Part shown: positions 32,713 to 42,214 of the stretch, piece after piece
How the letters are laid out: every line of letters begins with the position of its first letter
Position numbering within the stretch: the stretch's first letter is position 1
Assembly: GCA_965213925.1 (NCBI GenBank)
Contig: OZ243927.1
Coordinates: 768,001 to 832,000 of the forward strand
Source of the DNA: Trueperaceae bacterium
Lineage (GTDB): Bacteria; Deinococcota; Deinococci; Deinococcales; Trueperaceae
Length of the DNA stretch: 64,000 bases
Reading direction: 5' to 3'
Made by a program: the position numbers and the translations under genes
Notes under the pieces: model-generated
Database searches by the model: none
What the model saw: the letters and a program-made list of their open reading frames with translations, nothing else
What the model was told of the DNA's origin: nothing

Positions 32713-32887
32713 CCCCTTTGCTATGCTCAGACGGGCTCGGGTGAAGTGTTTCTTGCGGATGGCGGCTGCTAAGCGACGCTAAAGAAAGGCTCGTGGTGAG
32801 GAGCATCTCGAGCGACAGGCTCTGCACAATGTTCAGTTAGCCAAAAGGCTTCTCTCAAATGGCCGAGCCAATTCTTAGGAGGAAATC

Positions 32888-33409
32888 ATGCTGGACGCCA
32901 GAGGACAACTAACCCCTAACGCTTTAGAAGGCTACGCGCGGTCCACCGGGTACGCCTTGGCTTGCCTCGAAAAAGAACGCGAGCGCACTCATGAAACCGT
33001 CGCCGACCTGTCTACCGAAGATTTGGACGCTCACGCAGAAGGCTTCCCGAACAGCATCGGCAGCTTGCTCTACCACATCGTCCTTATCGAGCTCGACTGG
33101 CTCTACTGCGAAATTTTGGAGCGAGATATTCCTGAAGACTACCGGTCTCTTTTCCCCGTCGACGCGAGAGACGAAAACGGTAACTTAGCGGTCATGACGG
33201 GCGTCGGGCCCTCCGAACACCTGCACAAGCTGGCTTCGGTCCGAAACGACGTACTCGAGAAGCTCAAAGGAATGAACGAGGACGAGTTTTACCGGCTGAG
33301 GCGTTTGGAGAGCTACGACGTGAACCCCGCTCGGGTTTTGTATCACTTGCTCGAGCACGAAGCCAAGCATGGTGAGCAGATGGCGCACATACGCCGCATC
33401 ATCAAATAG
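32888..33409 (+). CDS. DinB family protein
   Basis: NSIGSLLYHIV..E..W, YHLLEHEAKHGEQ; AGGAGG RBS. Confidence 0.88.
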   Translation: MLDARGQLTPNALEGYARSTGYALACLEKERERTHETVADLSTEDLDAHAEGFPNSIGSLLYHIVLIELDWLYCEILERDIPEDYRSLFPVDARDENGNLAVMTGVGPSEHLHKLASVRNDVLEKLKGMNEDEFYRLRRLESYDVNPARVLYHLLEHEAKHGEQMAHIRRIIK

Positions 33410-33672
33410 GGTTGTGACTTGAGGCGCTTCGGTTTCTAAGTGCTCGCACAAATTTAAGTTAAACCAAAAGAGCATCGTTAAAGCTGCGTAATACCGTACA
33501 GCATTTCCACACTTCGCTGCACCAACTGATTGCGTCTGTTTCTTCTCGCATCCGCTCGCACGTTTCTTTGCTACAGCAAAGAAACGTGGAAATGCTAGTA
33601 GAATCAGCAGTTCGAACGCTCTAGGATAGTTAAAACTAATTAGGTACGGGTACTTATGACGCTGGTTTTTAT

Positions 33673-33774
33673 CGGTTCGTCCGGTTAACCTCTCATCACT
33701 CTCGCAGTTGTTTAATCTCGCCAGTAGCGCAAAAAACGTAAAAGATGATCTGCAACAGATTAGCGGATGAACCA
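33673..33774 (+). repeat. 103-bp-family inverted-repeat unit (102 bp)
   Basis: TTAT|CGGTTCGTCCGG...GCGGATGAACCA|TTAT; interior similar to 39297-39399. Confidence 0.8.
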
Positions 33775-34000
33775 TTATGCAACAGACGCGCGCGTCCGTC
33801 GCACAGCGGCTCCCATACCCCTCAGTACGAGTAAGCACTCTTCATCTTACTTAGCTCAACTATCTTGAAAGTGTGTCTTCCAATTCCACAGTTTTACAAG
33901 ACCCTCTCATCTTTAGGTTGCAGTTCACACCTTCTTATCAACCTCACCACGTGATAGATCGCACAGCCTGTAGGATTACTTACTCCTTAAGATAGGTAGC

Positions 34001-34876
34001 GTGACATTTACTACTCCTACTCACTCCTTCGCTGTCGCCTCTAGCGTTTCTCTCCCAAATTTGTTGAGTCGCATCTGCGTCCGCCCTCCTTACTTCGCGC
34101 TAAGCGACTTTAGACTCGAGGGGCGCTACTTGCGCGCGTCAGCCATTGCGGAAGCACCTCCTTTTTTGGAGCGAGCCCCGATGACATCCGCCGAGCTAGG
34201 CCGCCACGCCGCTATCGCCGGTTCGTGCCACGCCGCCCTCTCCCAAACAGACGACAAGCGGCGTTTTTACCTCGCCAATCATGCGACCTGCCACTACACT
34301 GCGAATAGCGTTCCTTACGGTACACCTGTGGAGTTCACCACCGAGGTCTCGTCGTTGACGCGCCGGGCGCTGCAGGTACGGGCTTGGGCGCTGGCTGCCG
34401 GGCGTCCTCTCGCGGAGTTCACCCTTTCTTACACCGTTCTAACAGAGCCTACCTTTTACCGACTCTTCCAGCAGCATCACCTACCGACTCACGAACAGAC
34501 CAACCCATACCGGAATCTTCTACAAACCTCCTATAAGCGTGGACCTGGCTGGGCCGAGCAGGAGATACCGAGCCTCCCCACTGAGGCGTGCGCGGGTCAC
34601 TTTGAGTCGTATCCGGCTTTACCCGTGGCGGTGCTGATGGGGCAACTTTCATACCTTGCTGGACAGGTCGTAGCGGACGAGCCGACACCCTTTCGAGTGG
34701 TTAAAGGGATAGTGGAAGCTGATACCCTTTTGTGGGCGCGAGAGCCTATCCGCTTCCGAGCCGATCGCGTCGAAGTAAACGGCGCGTTGCAGCATTACCG
34801 GTGCGCGGCATTCTCCCGCGACAAGCAGGTGGCTGGGATGGACCTATGGCTCGAGCTAGTTGACGAGCGCGTGTAG
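34001..34876 (+). CDS. Putative double-hotdog-fold enzyme (FabZ/AfsA-like)
   Basis: SAELGRHAAIAG helix in the N-half; AGHFESYPALPVAVL resembles FabZ GHFP..P.(M)PG in the C-half. Confidence 0.55.
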   Translation: MTFTTPTHSFAVASSVSLPNLLSRICVRPPYFALSDFRLEGRYLRASAIAEAPPFLERAPMTSAELGRHAAIAGSCHAALSQTDDKRRFYLANHATCHYTANSVPYGTPVEFTTEVSSLTRRALQVRAWALAAGRPLAEFTLSYTVLTEPTFYRLFQQHHLPTHEQTNPYRNLLQTSYKRGPGWAEQEIPSLPTEACAGHFESYPALPVAVLMGQLSYLAGQVVADEPTPFRVVKGIVEADTLLWAREPIRFRADRVEVNGALQHYRCAAFSRDKQVAGMDLWLELVDERV

Positions 34877-36817
34877 CAGTTTAACGGGCTCGGCTTGGGG
34901 TCGAAAAAGGTGTGCGAGCGCCTCGGCAGGGAGCGGCTTAGCGAAGAAGTACCCCTGACCTACATGGCAGCCGAGGTGTCGGAGGAGGTCGCGCTGCTCT
35001 TCGGTCTCAATACCCTCGGCAACGACCTGCAGGTCGAGGTGAACCGCGAGGCTCATGATGGCTTCGATAAGAGCCAGCGCGAACTGCGGGCCGACACGCG
35101 CTGCGCAGAGGTCTTTAACGAATGAGCGGTCGATCTTCACCGTATCGATGGGAAGGTCTTTGAGGTAGGCTAACGATGAATAGCCGGTGCCGAAGTCGTC
35201 GATCGCTAGGCTGACGCCCAGACGTTGGAGCTTGTCGAGTGTTGTAGCCACGCACCGTACACCTTGCATAACCGCGCTCTCGGTCAGCTCCAGCTCGAGA
35301 AAACCGGCCGGGAGCTGGTGCCGCTCCAGCGCCTCCACCACAGTAGTGTAGAAGTCAGGCTGAGCGAACTGAAGCGGTGACACGTTGACACTAACTCTAA
35401 AGTCAGCGAAGCCCTGCTGCGACCACACCTTAGCCTGGTGACACGCCTCGTCGAGTACCCAGCTGCCTATCTCGATGATAGCGCCGCTGCGCTCAGCACT
35501 AGGGATGAAGTCGGCTGGGGACACCCGCCCGAGTTGAGGGTGGTGCCAGCGGAGAAGGGCTTCGAGTTTGATTAGCCGACCGGAGGTCAGGTCATAGAGA
35601 GGCTGGTACTCTAAGTGAAGCTGGCGTTTCTGCACTGCCGACCGAAGATATCGCTCGATCTCACGCTGCTTCTCGAACTGCCCGTCTAAGTCGCCGAAGA
35701 ACTGGGCGACCCCGGCCTTGCCTAAGCGCTTCACCCGGTACATCGCACTGTCAGCATGTCGCAGCAGGGTAGCGCCATCTTGTCCGTGATCGGGAAATAA
35801 GCTCACGCCGATGCTGGCGGTGACATTCAGGTGCTGCCCACCGCAGTAGAATGGCTCGGCTAGCGTGCCTAGAAGTTTATGGGCGATTTGCTCAGCATGT
35901 TGGCGCTCACCGCTATATTCGACGATGCAGACGAACTCATCGCCGCTGATCCGAACGAGCAGGTCGCCGCGTCTCACTTCTCCTCGGAGCCTCTCGGCAA
36001 CTTGCTTGAGCAACTCATCTCCGGCTTCGTGACCTAACGTATCGTTGATGAGTTTGAATCCGTCGAGGTCGATGAAGAGCACAGCGGCTCTCATGCTATC
36101 GCGGCGCACACAAATGTCCTCGAGCCGTTCTTGTAACGTTTGCCTGTTGGGTAGTCCGGTCAGCGCATCCGTTCGCGCGAGCAGCTCAGCTGCCTCTACC
36201 CGAGTGTAGGCGCGGGTATAGTCCTCTTTGAAGTTGATGAAAGCTATGGTGAGCGCCAGCAACACAGAGTTCGCCAGGTTCATCTGCATGAGTGCGTAGA
36301 GGATACCCCACCAAGCCGTAGTCACGTATGCGCCGCTGAGCAGATGTGCCCCAGTATAGGCAGTGCACAGTGCAAGTACGGAAGTGGTAAAGATGACGGC
36401 TACCCGCCGCCCCAACTGCTGTCCGGGTAAGATAAATGAAAGCAGGTAAACGACGGGTACCCAATAAAACGTCTCGGTGAGCTGAGCTTGGAGATCGACA
36501 GACCCATTGAGAAAAAAAAGAAGCGCGGCAAGTTTCACGAGAAAGAAAAGGCTTGCGCCCGAGATAATACTGAGCACCACAAAGTGTAGAGAACGTTTGA
36601 GAAAAGCCAATACCCCTTCCAGCACGATTAGGACTCCCGCCATGAGAGCGTACCCCACGATATCGAGAGCCGTCGCCTGGTTGCTCGGATGCTCTAACAC
36701 CAAGCCGATGAGGAAAGCCGCCGCTCCGAACGGGATGGCAATGAGAAGCGCTTTGCGCCACCTCTGTTGGTACAGTCTGTCGCCTGGCGTGTAATCGTGC
36801 AGTGCCTGAAACATCAC
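34856..36817 (-). CDS. Membrane-bound diguanylate cyclase/phosphodiesterase (GGDEF-EAL)
   Basis: About 6 N-terminal TM segments; DALTGLPNR, SGDEF, EALLRW, IDDFGTGYSSL, VVAEGIE. Confidence 0.93.
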   Translation of the reverse strand: MMFQALHDYTPGDRLYQQRWRKALLIAIPFGAAAFLIGLVLEHPSNQATALDIVGYALMAGVLIVLEGVLAFLKRSLHFVVLSIISGASLFFLVKLAALLFFLNGSVDLQAQLTETFYWVPVVYLLSFILPGQQLGRRVAVIFTTSVLALCTAYTGAHLLSGAYVTTAWWGILYALMQMNLANSVLLALTIAFINFKEDYTRAYTRVEAAELLARTDALTGLPNRQTLQERLEDICVRRDSMRAAVLFIDLDGFKLINDTLGHEAGDELLKQVAERLRGEVRRGDLLVRISGDEFVCIVEYSGERQHAEQIAHKLLGTLAEPFYCGGQHLNVTASIGVSLFPDHGQDGATLLRHADSAMYRVKRLGKAGVAQFFGDLDGQFEKQREIERYLRSAVQKRQLHLEYQPLYDLTSGRLIKLEALLRWHHPQLGRVSPADFIPSAERSGAIIEIGSWVLDEACHQAKVWSQQGFADFRVSVNVSPLQFAQPDFYTTVVEALERHQLPAGFLELELTESAVMQGVRCVATTLDKLQRLGVSLAIDDFGTGYSSLAYLKDLPIDTVKIDRSFVKDLCAARVGPQFALALIEAIMSLAVHLDLQVVAEGIETEEQRDLLRHLGCHVGQGYFFAKPLPAEALAHLFRPQAEPVKLLHALVN

Positions 36818-37101
36818 AGAGTTACTATAGAGAACCGCTTCTTACAGAAGTCTTACTCGAGCTCTGTGCAATGAGCTGAAGAGAACTTACGCCAAAAGCC
36901 GACGCGCATATGGTTGTTGTTATTTGGTGAATGTTTAGGGGTTGGCAGCAGCCACTTAACAGTACCCATTCGGTGCATAGCCGCCGCAAGCTTTAACGTA
37001 AAAAGCGCTGCCTTATCTCTCCCGATTTTTCAAAACGGCTGCGCGACGAACGCGCGCGTTTCACGCAGAAGCTGTAAGCCGCGCCGTCCCGCGTGAACGC
37101 C

Positions 37102-38259
37102 CTACAAAGGTTCTAAACCCAGCGCCAGGCGTCCGCTCAGGCGCTGCTGCTGCTTCTCGGGCAGCGGGTGGAACTGCGCGCCGTGCACGTCGCGCAAGAG
37201 GCGCTCCAGGCCCAGGTCGCGGTAGTAGCCCCGGCCGCCGACCGCCTCGAGCGCCTTCTCGACTGTAGACACGCAGGCTCTAGCCGCGACCGTCTTGCGG
37301 ACGAGCGCCTTGCTCGCGTTCTCGGTGGTCGGCTCGAAGTCGTAGTCGTTGGTCGTGACGATCATGTCCCCTAGCGCCAGCTGCGCCGTGACGAGGAGGG
37401 TCTCCATCTCGCCGAGGAGGTAGGGGAGGTCGGGATCGCCCTGTCGCTTGCGCGCTTCGCGTTTAGCTATCTCGGCGGCGGCCTCGGCTGTCCCCACATA
37501 GGCCGACATGATGAGCGGCAGCGCGACACTCAGGATCACGTTCCAGACCCTGTGCCATTCCCCTGCGGGGCGCTTAAGCACGATGGCGTCGTCGGGAACG
37601 AAGACATCGTCGAGAATGACCGTATGCGAGCCCGTGCCGCGCATCCCCAGCACGCGCCAGTCTTCGCGGACGGTGACGCCCTCGGCTTTTAGAGAAACCG
37701 GGAAGTGCAGCACGCTGACGCCGTCCTCCGGGTCGTCATGGGGGGCGCTCGTTACCAGCACGTCTCCGGCTTGACAGCCGCTCGCGAACGCTTTGGTTGC
37801 GCTTACGCGGTAGCCCCCTTCGGTCCTCGTCACCTCGCCGTTCGAGGCGAGCCAGTCCCTGGCTCCGGTACTCACGAGCACGAGTTCTTGTTCAGCGACC
37901 CGCCTGAGCGTCCTCTCGCCCGGCTGCCCGCGTCGATACTTCCACACGTTAGCCGCGACCAGATGTTGGTGCATGGACAGCGCGAGCGCGGTCGAGGGGC
38001 AGTAACGCGCGAGGTTGCGCAACGCGGCGCACAGTTCGGCGTGCGACGCGCCGCCGCCCCCGAGTTCTTTGGGAACACCCGCCGAGAAGAATCTGTGCGC
38101 TTTCAGCTCGGCGTAGTTGTCTGCAACGAAGGTGTCGTTCTTGTCGTGGACGTCGGCCCTGGCTGCGAAGGTTGGCCCAAGCTCATGGACGGCGGCGAGC
38201 CAGTCGTATCGAGCTCCGTCGCTCCGGGCTCGTGGGGACTCGGTCACGGATGTATTCAT
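37102..38259 (-). CDS. Acyl-CoA dehydrogenase family flavoprotein
   Basis: GVPKELGGGG, STALALSMH, LGMRGTGS, LERLLRD. Confidence 0.9.
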   Translation of the reverse strand: MNTSVTESPRARSDGARYDWLAAVHELGPTFAARADVHDKNDTFVADNYAELKAHRFFSAGVPKELGGGGASHAELCAALRNLARYCPSTALALSMHQHLVAANVWKYRRGQPGERTLRRVAEQELVLVSTGARDWLASNGEVTRTEGGYRVSATKAFASGCQAGDVLVTSAPHDDPEDGVSVLHFPVSLKAEGVTVREDWRVLGMRGTGSHTVILDDVFVPDDAIVLKRPAGEWHRVWNVILSVALPLIMSAYVGTAEAAAEIAKREARKRQGDPDLPYLLGEMETLLVTAQLALGDMIVTTNDYDFEPTTENASKALVRKTVAARACVSTVEKALEAVGGRGYYRDLGLERLLRDVHGAQFHPLPEKQQQRLSGRLALGLEPL

Positions 38260-38375
38260 GGTGCCTCCTCAGTGGCTAAAGGGTGAGCGGGCGGACGCGC
38301 TCATGGGTCGCGTGTCGCGGTCGCCCTCGTGTCGGGCTGTCACTGAGCACTCTAGCGAAGCTTGACCTGTACGCC

Positions 38376-38394
38376 TAGTTCAGCAATAGAACTG
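38376..38394. promoter_or_regulatory. Probable HxlR-family operator
   Basis: TAGTTC-N7-GAACTG palindrome between the divergent regulator and target. Confidence 0.5.
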
Positions 38395-38441
38395 GTCATT
38401 TGCGAAGCGGAACATTATAGTGCGTAGAAAGAGGTGAAACC

Positions 38442-39146
38442 ATGACCAAATACGGCCAGTTCTGCCCGGTCACACGGGCGCTAGAGCTGCTCGGCGAGCG
38501 CTGGACGCTGCTGATCCTCCGCGATCTCCTACACGACGTGCATCACTTCAACGAGTTGTCGCGGGGGTTACCGCGGCTGTCGCGGGGCCTTTTAGCCAAG
38601 CGGCTGCGTCAGCTGGAGGAGGCGGGGCTGCTCGAACGCGAGGGCGACGGCAACCAGACCGAGTACCACCTGACGGAGGCGGGCGAGGCGACGCGCCCTA
38701 TCGTCCACGCCTTACTGATCTGGGGCGCTGAGCACGCGCTCGAGCAGCCTATGCCCGACGAGCTCGACCCGGTGCTGCTGATGTGGTGGCTGCGGCGGCG
38801 CGTCCGCGCGGAAGCCCTGCCGCCGGAGCGCACCGTGGTACAGTTCGACTTTCGGGGCGACCCGAGGAGCTACTGGCTTATCCTAGATCAACGTGACGTA
38901 TCGGTGTGCTTTGACCCGCCTGACTTCGCGGTAGACGTGTGGGTCGAAGCTGACCTGTCAGCCTTTTACCAGGTGTGGCTCGGGCAGGTTCCGTTTGAAA
39001 TAGCCTCAGAAAAAGGGCTTGTCGAGGTGTGGGCGCTACCCGCTTTGGAGCGCGCGTTCCCCAGTTGGTTCGCCTGGAGCCCGGCAGCAGAGGCGGTGCG
39101 GGCCGTGACGCACGCTGGCTCGTCCTACCCGGCGGGGGTCGGCTAG
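38442..39146 (+). CDS. HxlR family wHTH regulator with SCP2-like C-terminus
   Basis: YGQFCPVTRALELLGERWTLLILRDL, YHLTEAG. Confidence 0.92.
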   Translation: MTKYGQFCPVTRALELLGERWTLLILRDLLHDVHHFNELSRGLPRLSRGLLAKRLRQLEEAGLLEREGDGNQTEYHLTEAGEATRPIVHALLIWGAEHALEQPMPDELDPVLLMWWLRRRVRAEALPPERTVVQFDFRGDPRSYWLILDQRDVSVCFDPPDFAVDVWVEADLSAFYQVWLGQVPFEIASEKGLVEVWALPALERAFPSWFAWSPAAEAVRAVTHAGSSYPAGVG

Positions 39147-39189
39147 GCTACGTAATGGATTGGCGGAGCTGTAACTCTAACCTTGTTAT

Positions 39190-39292
39190 TGGTTCGTCTC
39201 GAAAGTCCGTTGCGAAGTGTGCTCGGTGCTTTTCGCGTTTCTGAAACAATCGAATGGTTATGAAAGTGACGAGAGATTTAGCGGATGAACCA
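39190..39292 (-). repeat. 103-bp inverted-repeat unit (reverse orientation)
   Basis: TTAT|TGGTTCGTCTCG...GCGGATGAACCA|TTAT. Confidence 0.8.
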
Positions 39293-39296
39293 TTAT

Positions 39297-39399
39297 TGGG
39301 TCATCCAGTTAATCCTTCACCACTCTCGCAACTGCTTAATCTCGCTAGCGACGAAAAAAGCGCGTCAGATGATTTGCAACGAACTTGCTGGATGAACCA
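39297..39399 (+). repeat. 103-bp inverted-repeat unit
   Basis: TTAT|TGGGTCATCCAG...CTGGATGAACCA|TCAT. Confidence 0.8.
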
Positions 39400-39586
39400 T
39401 CATGGGAGTTGCGCGCGCGTTTGTTGCAGAAAGCCTCAGATGTCTCCCGCAGCGTGACCGGGGTTGTTCAACGGCTCCCGAGCCAGGGGCGTTGGAAGCC
39501 TCTCGCACTGGGCGCGCAATAATCGTAGAGAGATTAAGATGTCAAAGGAGCACGTCCGTGCTTAGCGGCCCTGAGGAGTTCTGTTG

Positions 39587-40165
39587 ATGCTTAACCCTGA
39601 ACGCAACCCCGTTCCCGCCACCTTGGTGACCCCTGGTTTCCGACTGCACCGTCAGCGACCGGGCGACAACTTGAAAGACTACGGCGCTATCATAGCGTCC
39701 AAGGCGCTGCTACACGTCTGGAGCGACAGCCCCTGGCCTGAGGACGACTTCAGCCTTCAGAACGCTGAGGACCTTGCCGGACATATCGAAGACTTCGAGC
39801 GCGACTTGGCCTACGGCTTCAGCATCTTCACCTTGGGCGAGCGTCAACTGCTCGCGCTCTACTTCGACCCCGTCGCGCCCTTTTTGGACGACTACGCCGT
39901 TGACGAGGCAACAGCCGCCCGACTGTCCCAGTTCGACGTTCGGCTCGAGCACTGGCTCAGGCGCGGTACGAAGCGCGATTTTGAGGAAGATTTTGTGCAG
40001 GAGGTATTGGCTTGGCTAGAGAACGCCTGGTGGTTCCGCCGTCCCGTTTTCGGGTCGCGCCGTGCGATGAGGGCTCGCCGGGCGCTTTATGAAGCGCTAG
40101 GGTTAAGGGAAGTCGCCGTCCTTGACCACAGAGATGAGCCGCGGCGCTTTCACTTCCACGCCTAG
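39587..40165 (+). CDS. GNAT-like (RimJ/RimL-related) protein
   Basis: VPATLVTPGFRL, DYGAI, WPEDDFS...DL..H..DF pattern; GAGGAG RBS. Confidence 0.6.
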   Translation: MLNPERNPVPATLVTPGFRLHRQRPGDNLKDYGAIIASKALLHVWSDSPWPEDDFSLQNAEDLAGHIEDFERDLAYGFSIFTLGERQLLALYFDPVAPFLDDYAVDEATAARLSQFDVRLEHWLRRGTKRDFEEDFVQEVLAWLENAWWFRRPVFGSRRAMRARRALYEALGLREVAVLDHRDEPRRFHFHA

Positions 40166-40353
40166 CCGGGCGCGTCATTCTGTAGGAGGAAAGCCCGAAG
40201 GAGAGCGTCTGCCGGACAGTGCACCACTCGACCCCCCTTATGTAGGCAGCGGTTCTTGGTCTTTTCGCGCTTGACCTTGTTGTGCGACAGATGCGCGCGT
40301 TAGTTACAGTAAACCGGCTTACGCATAAGAATTTTGAATACGTCCCTGTAGCT

Positions 40354-42174
40354 CTATAGAGCCTTCGGCTCATAATCTGGCGACTGATGGCGAAAATACG
40401 TATTGTAAAGCTCTGCGTAGTGGCCGCCTTGCGCCAAAAGCCCCTCGTGCGTTCCCTCTTCGATCACGTCACCCTTTCGCAAGACGAGGATGCGGTCGGC
40501 AGTACGAATCGTCGAGAGGCGATGCGCGATGACGATAGCGGTGCGCTCGCGTAGAACAAGCTCCAACCCCTCTTGAATCTGCGCCTCGGTGAGTGGGTCC
40601 ACGCTGGCAGTGGCCTCGTCTAAGATCAAGATGCGCGGGTCTTGGAGCAGCACTCGCGCCAAGACCACGAGTTGCCTCTGTCCCATCGAAATGCCACGTC
40701 CCCCCTCACCCACGTCGGTGTCCAAGCTTTGCGGCAGTGCCGCCAACCAGTCGCCCCCGCCGATGCGCTCGGCTACCGCGATGACGGCCTCGTCACTCGC
40801 CGAGGGGACACCGTAGCGGATGTTGTCACGCACCGTGCCACCGAACAGAAAGGGTGTTTGCTGAACAATTCCCAAGCAGCGGCGGTAGCTCGGGAGGTCG
40901 AAGCTGCGAATGTCGCGCCCACCGATAAGGAGCTGTCCACCTTGAAACTCATAAAAGCGTGCCACGAGTTTGCCGAGGCTCGACTTACCCGCGCCGGTAT
41001 GACCCACGAGCGCTACCGTTTCGCCCGCCCGAATGGTCATGTCGAAGTTCTGCAACACCTGCTCCTGAACAGTATAGCGAAAGTCCACCCCGCGAAATTC
41101 GATGTGTCCAGCGAGGTTAGTTACTTTGACCGCGCCTGTCTGCTTCACTCTCGGTTCTGCGTCTACCAGGGCAAAAACGCGCTCGCTCGCCGCGAGCCCT
41201 TGCTGGAACTGGCTCCAGAACGAGGCGATGCTCGTTAAAGGAAACCAGAAGAGCGCTACCGCCTCGACGAATAAAAACCACTGACCCGGCGTGACTGCGC
41301 CCGCTAAGACGCTCTGCCCACCGAAGTAGACAATTAGCGCCGTGCCGACCCCAGCAATCGTCCCAAGGATCGGGAAGATAGCGCTGAAGACCAAGCCCTG
41401 CCTCAAGGAGAGCGCGTACGACTGCGCGTTGACGCGGCTGAATTCGTCGTAGATGGTGCGCTCGCGCCGAAACGCCTTCGCCACCGAGATGCCCGTGACC
41501 GACTCCTGCACGTTCGCATTGACCTCCGCAACGACTCGCCGTGCTTGCTGCGTGGTTGAGCGGGCGACGTGGCGAAAGGCGAGCGCCGCCGCGACGATGA
41601 AAGGCGCGATAATGAGCGCGATCAGTGCGAGGCGCACGTTGATGTAAAAGAGGACGCCGACGATGATTACCACTTGCAAAAGTTGACTCATCAGGTTAAG
41701 CGTAAGCGTTACGACCGTAGCGAAGTCCTGGGTGTCCGAGGTGACGCGGCTCACCACGCGCCCGGTGGAGAATTCGTCGTAGAAGGACATGTCGCGCTCT
41801 AAAATGGCGTCGAAGGCATCCTTGCGCAAGTTCAGCACCACATTGCCGACGGCTTTGGCGGTGTACCACTGCCGCAAAAAGTTGAAAGTCCAGGCGAATA
41901 CGCCCGCCAGCAAGACCGCCACGAGCAGCCAGCCCGTCTGCCGCCATAGCCCTGTACCGAGGCTAGTGGGGTCCGTCCCGAGCGCGTCCAGGCTTCTCGC
42001 TAAGAGAACGGGCAACAGTGCGCCCATGAGCGCATCTAAAAAGATCATCGCTGAGACGAAGACCATCAGCCCGGTGTAGGGTCTGAAGTAACGGAGGATG
42101 CGGCGCAGCAGTTGTGCGTCCGAGTACTCGCGGTCGTACGCCTCCGCTGCAACGCCGTCCATCAAAAATCCCAT
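40354..42174 (-). CDS. ABC exporter (TMD+NBD), consensus-site half
   Basis: GHTGAGKS, ISMGQRQ, LILDEATASVD, IAHRLST. Confidence 0.95.
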   Translation of the reverse strand: MGFLMDGVAAEAYDREYSDAQLLRRILRYFRPYTGLMVFVSAMIFLDALMGALLPVLLARSLDALGTDPTSLGTGLWRQTGWLLVAVLLAGVFAWTFNFLRQWYTAKAVGNVVLNLRKDAFDAILERDMSFYDEFSTGRVVSRVTSDTQDFATVVTLTLNLMSQLLQVVIIVGVLFYINVRLALIALIIAPFIVAAALAFRHVARSTTQQARRVVAEVNANVQESVTGISVAKAFRRERTIYDEFSRVNAQSYALSLRQGLVFSAIFPILGTIAGVGTALIVYFGGQSVLAGAVTPGQWFLFVEAVALFWFPLTSIASFWSQFQQGLAASERVFALVDAEPRVKQTGAVKVTNLAGHIEFRGVDFRYTVQEQVLQNFDMTIRAGETVALVGHTGAGKSSLGKLVARFYEFQGGQLLIGGRDIRSFDLPSYRRCLGIVQQTPFLFGGTVRDNIRYGVPSASDEAVIAVAERIGGGDWLAALPQSLDTDVGEGGRGISMGQRQLVVLARVLLQDPRILILDEATASVDPLTEAQIQEGLELVLRERTAIVIAHRLSTIRTADRILVLRKGDVIEEGTHEGLLAQGGHYAELYNTYFRHQSPDYEPKAL

Positions 42175-42214
42175 CAGGTGACCTCCCTAATCATCGTGGT
42201 CCAGCCACCGCGCC

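Noticed and set aside
33185..33838. 217-aa minus-strand ORF
   Set aside because: Antisense to dinB and running across repeat DNA; no protein-like motifs
39186..39403. CRISPR-like repeats
   Set aside because: Repeats are inverted and degenerate, interiors are homologous rather than unique spacers, and there are no cas genes
40180..40240. RNase P-like GAGGAAAG start
   Set aside because: Remaining conserved elements are absent and the space is too short
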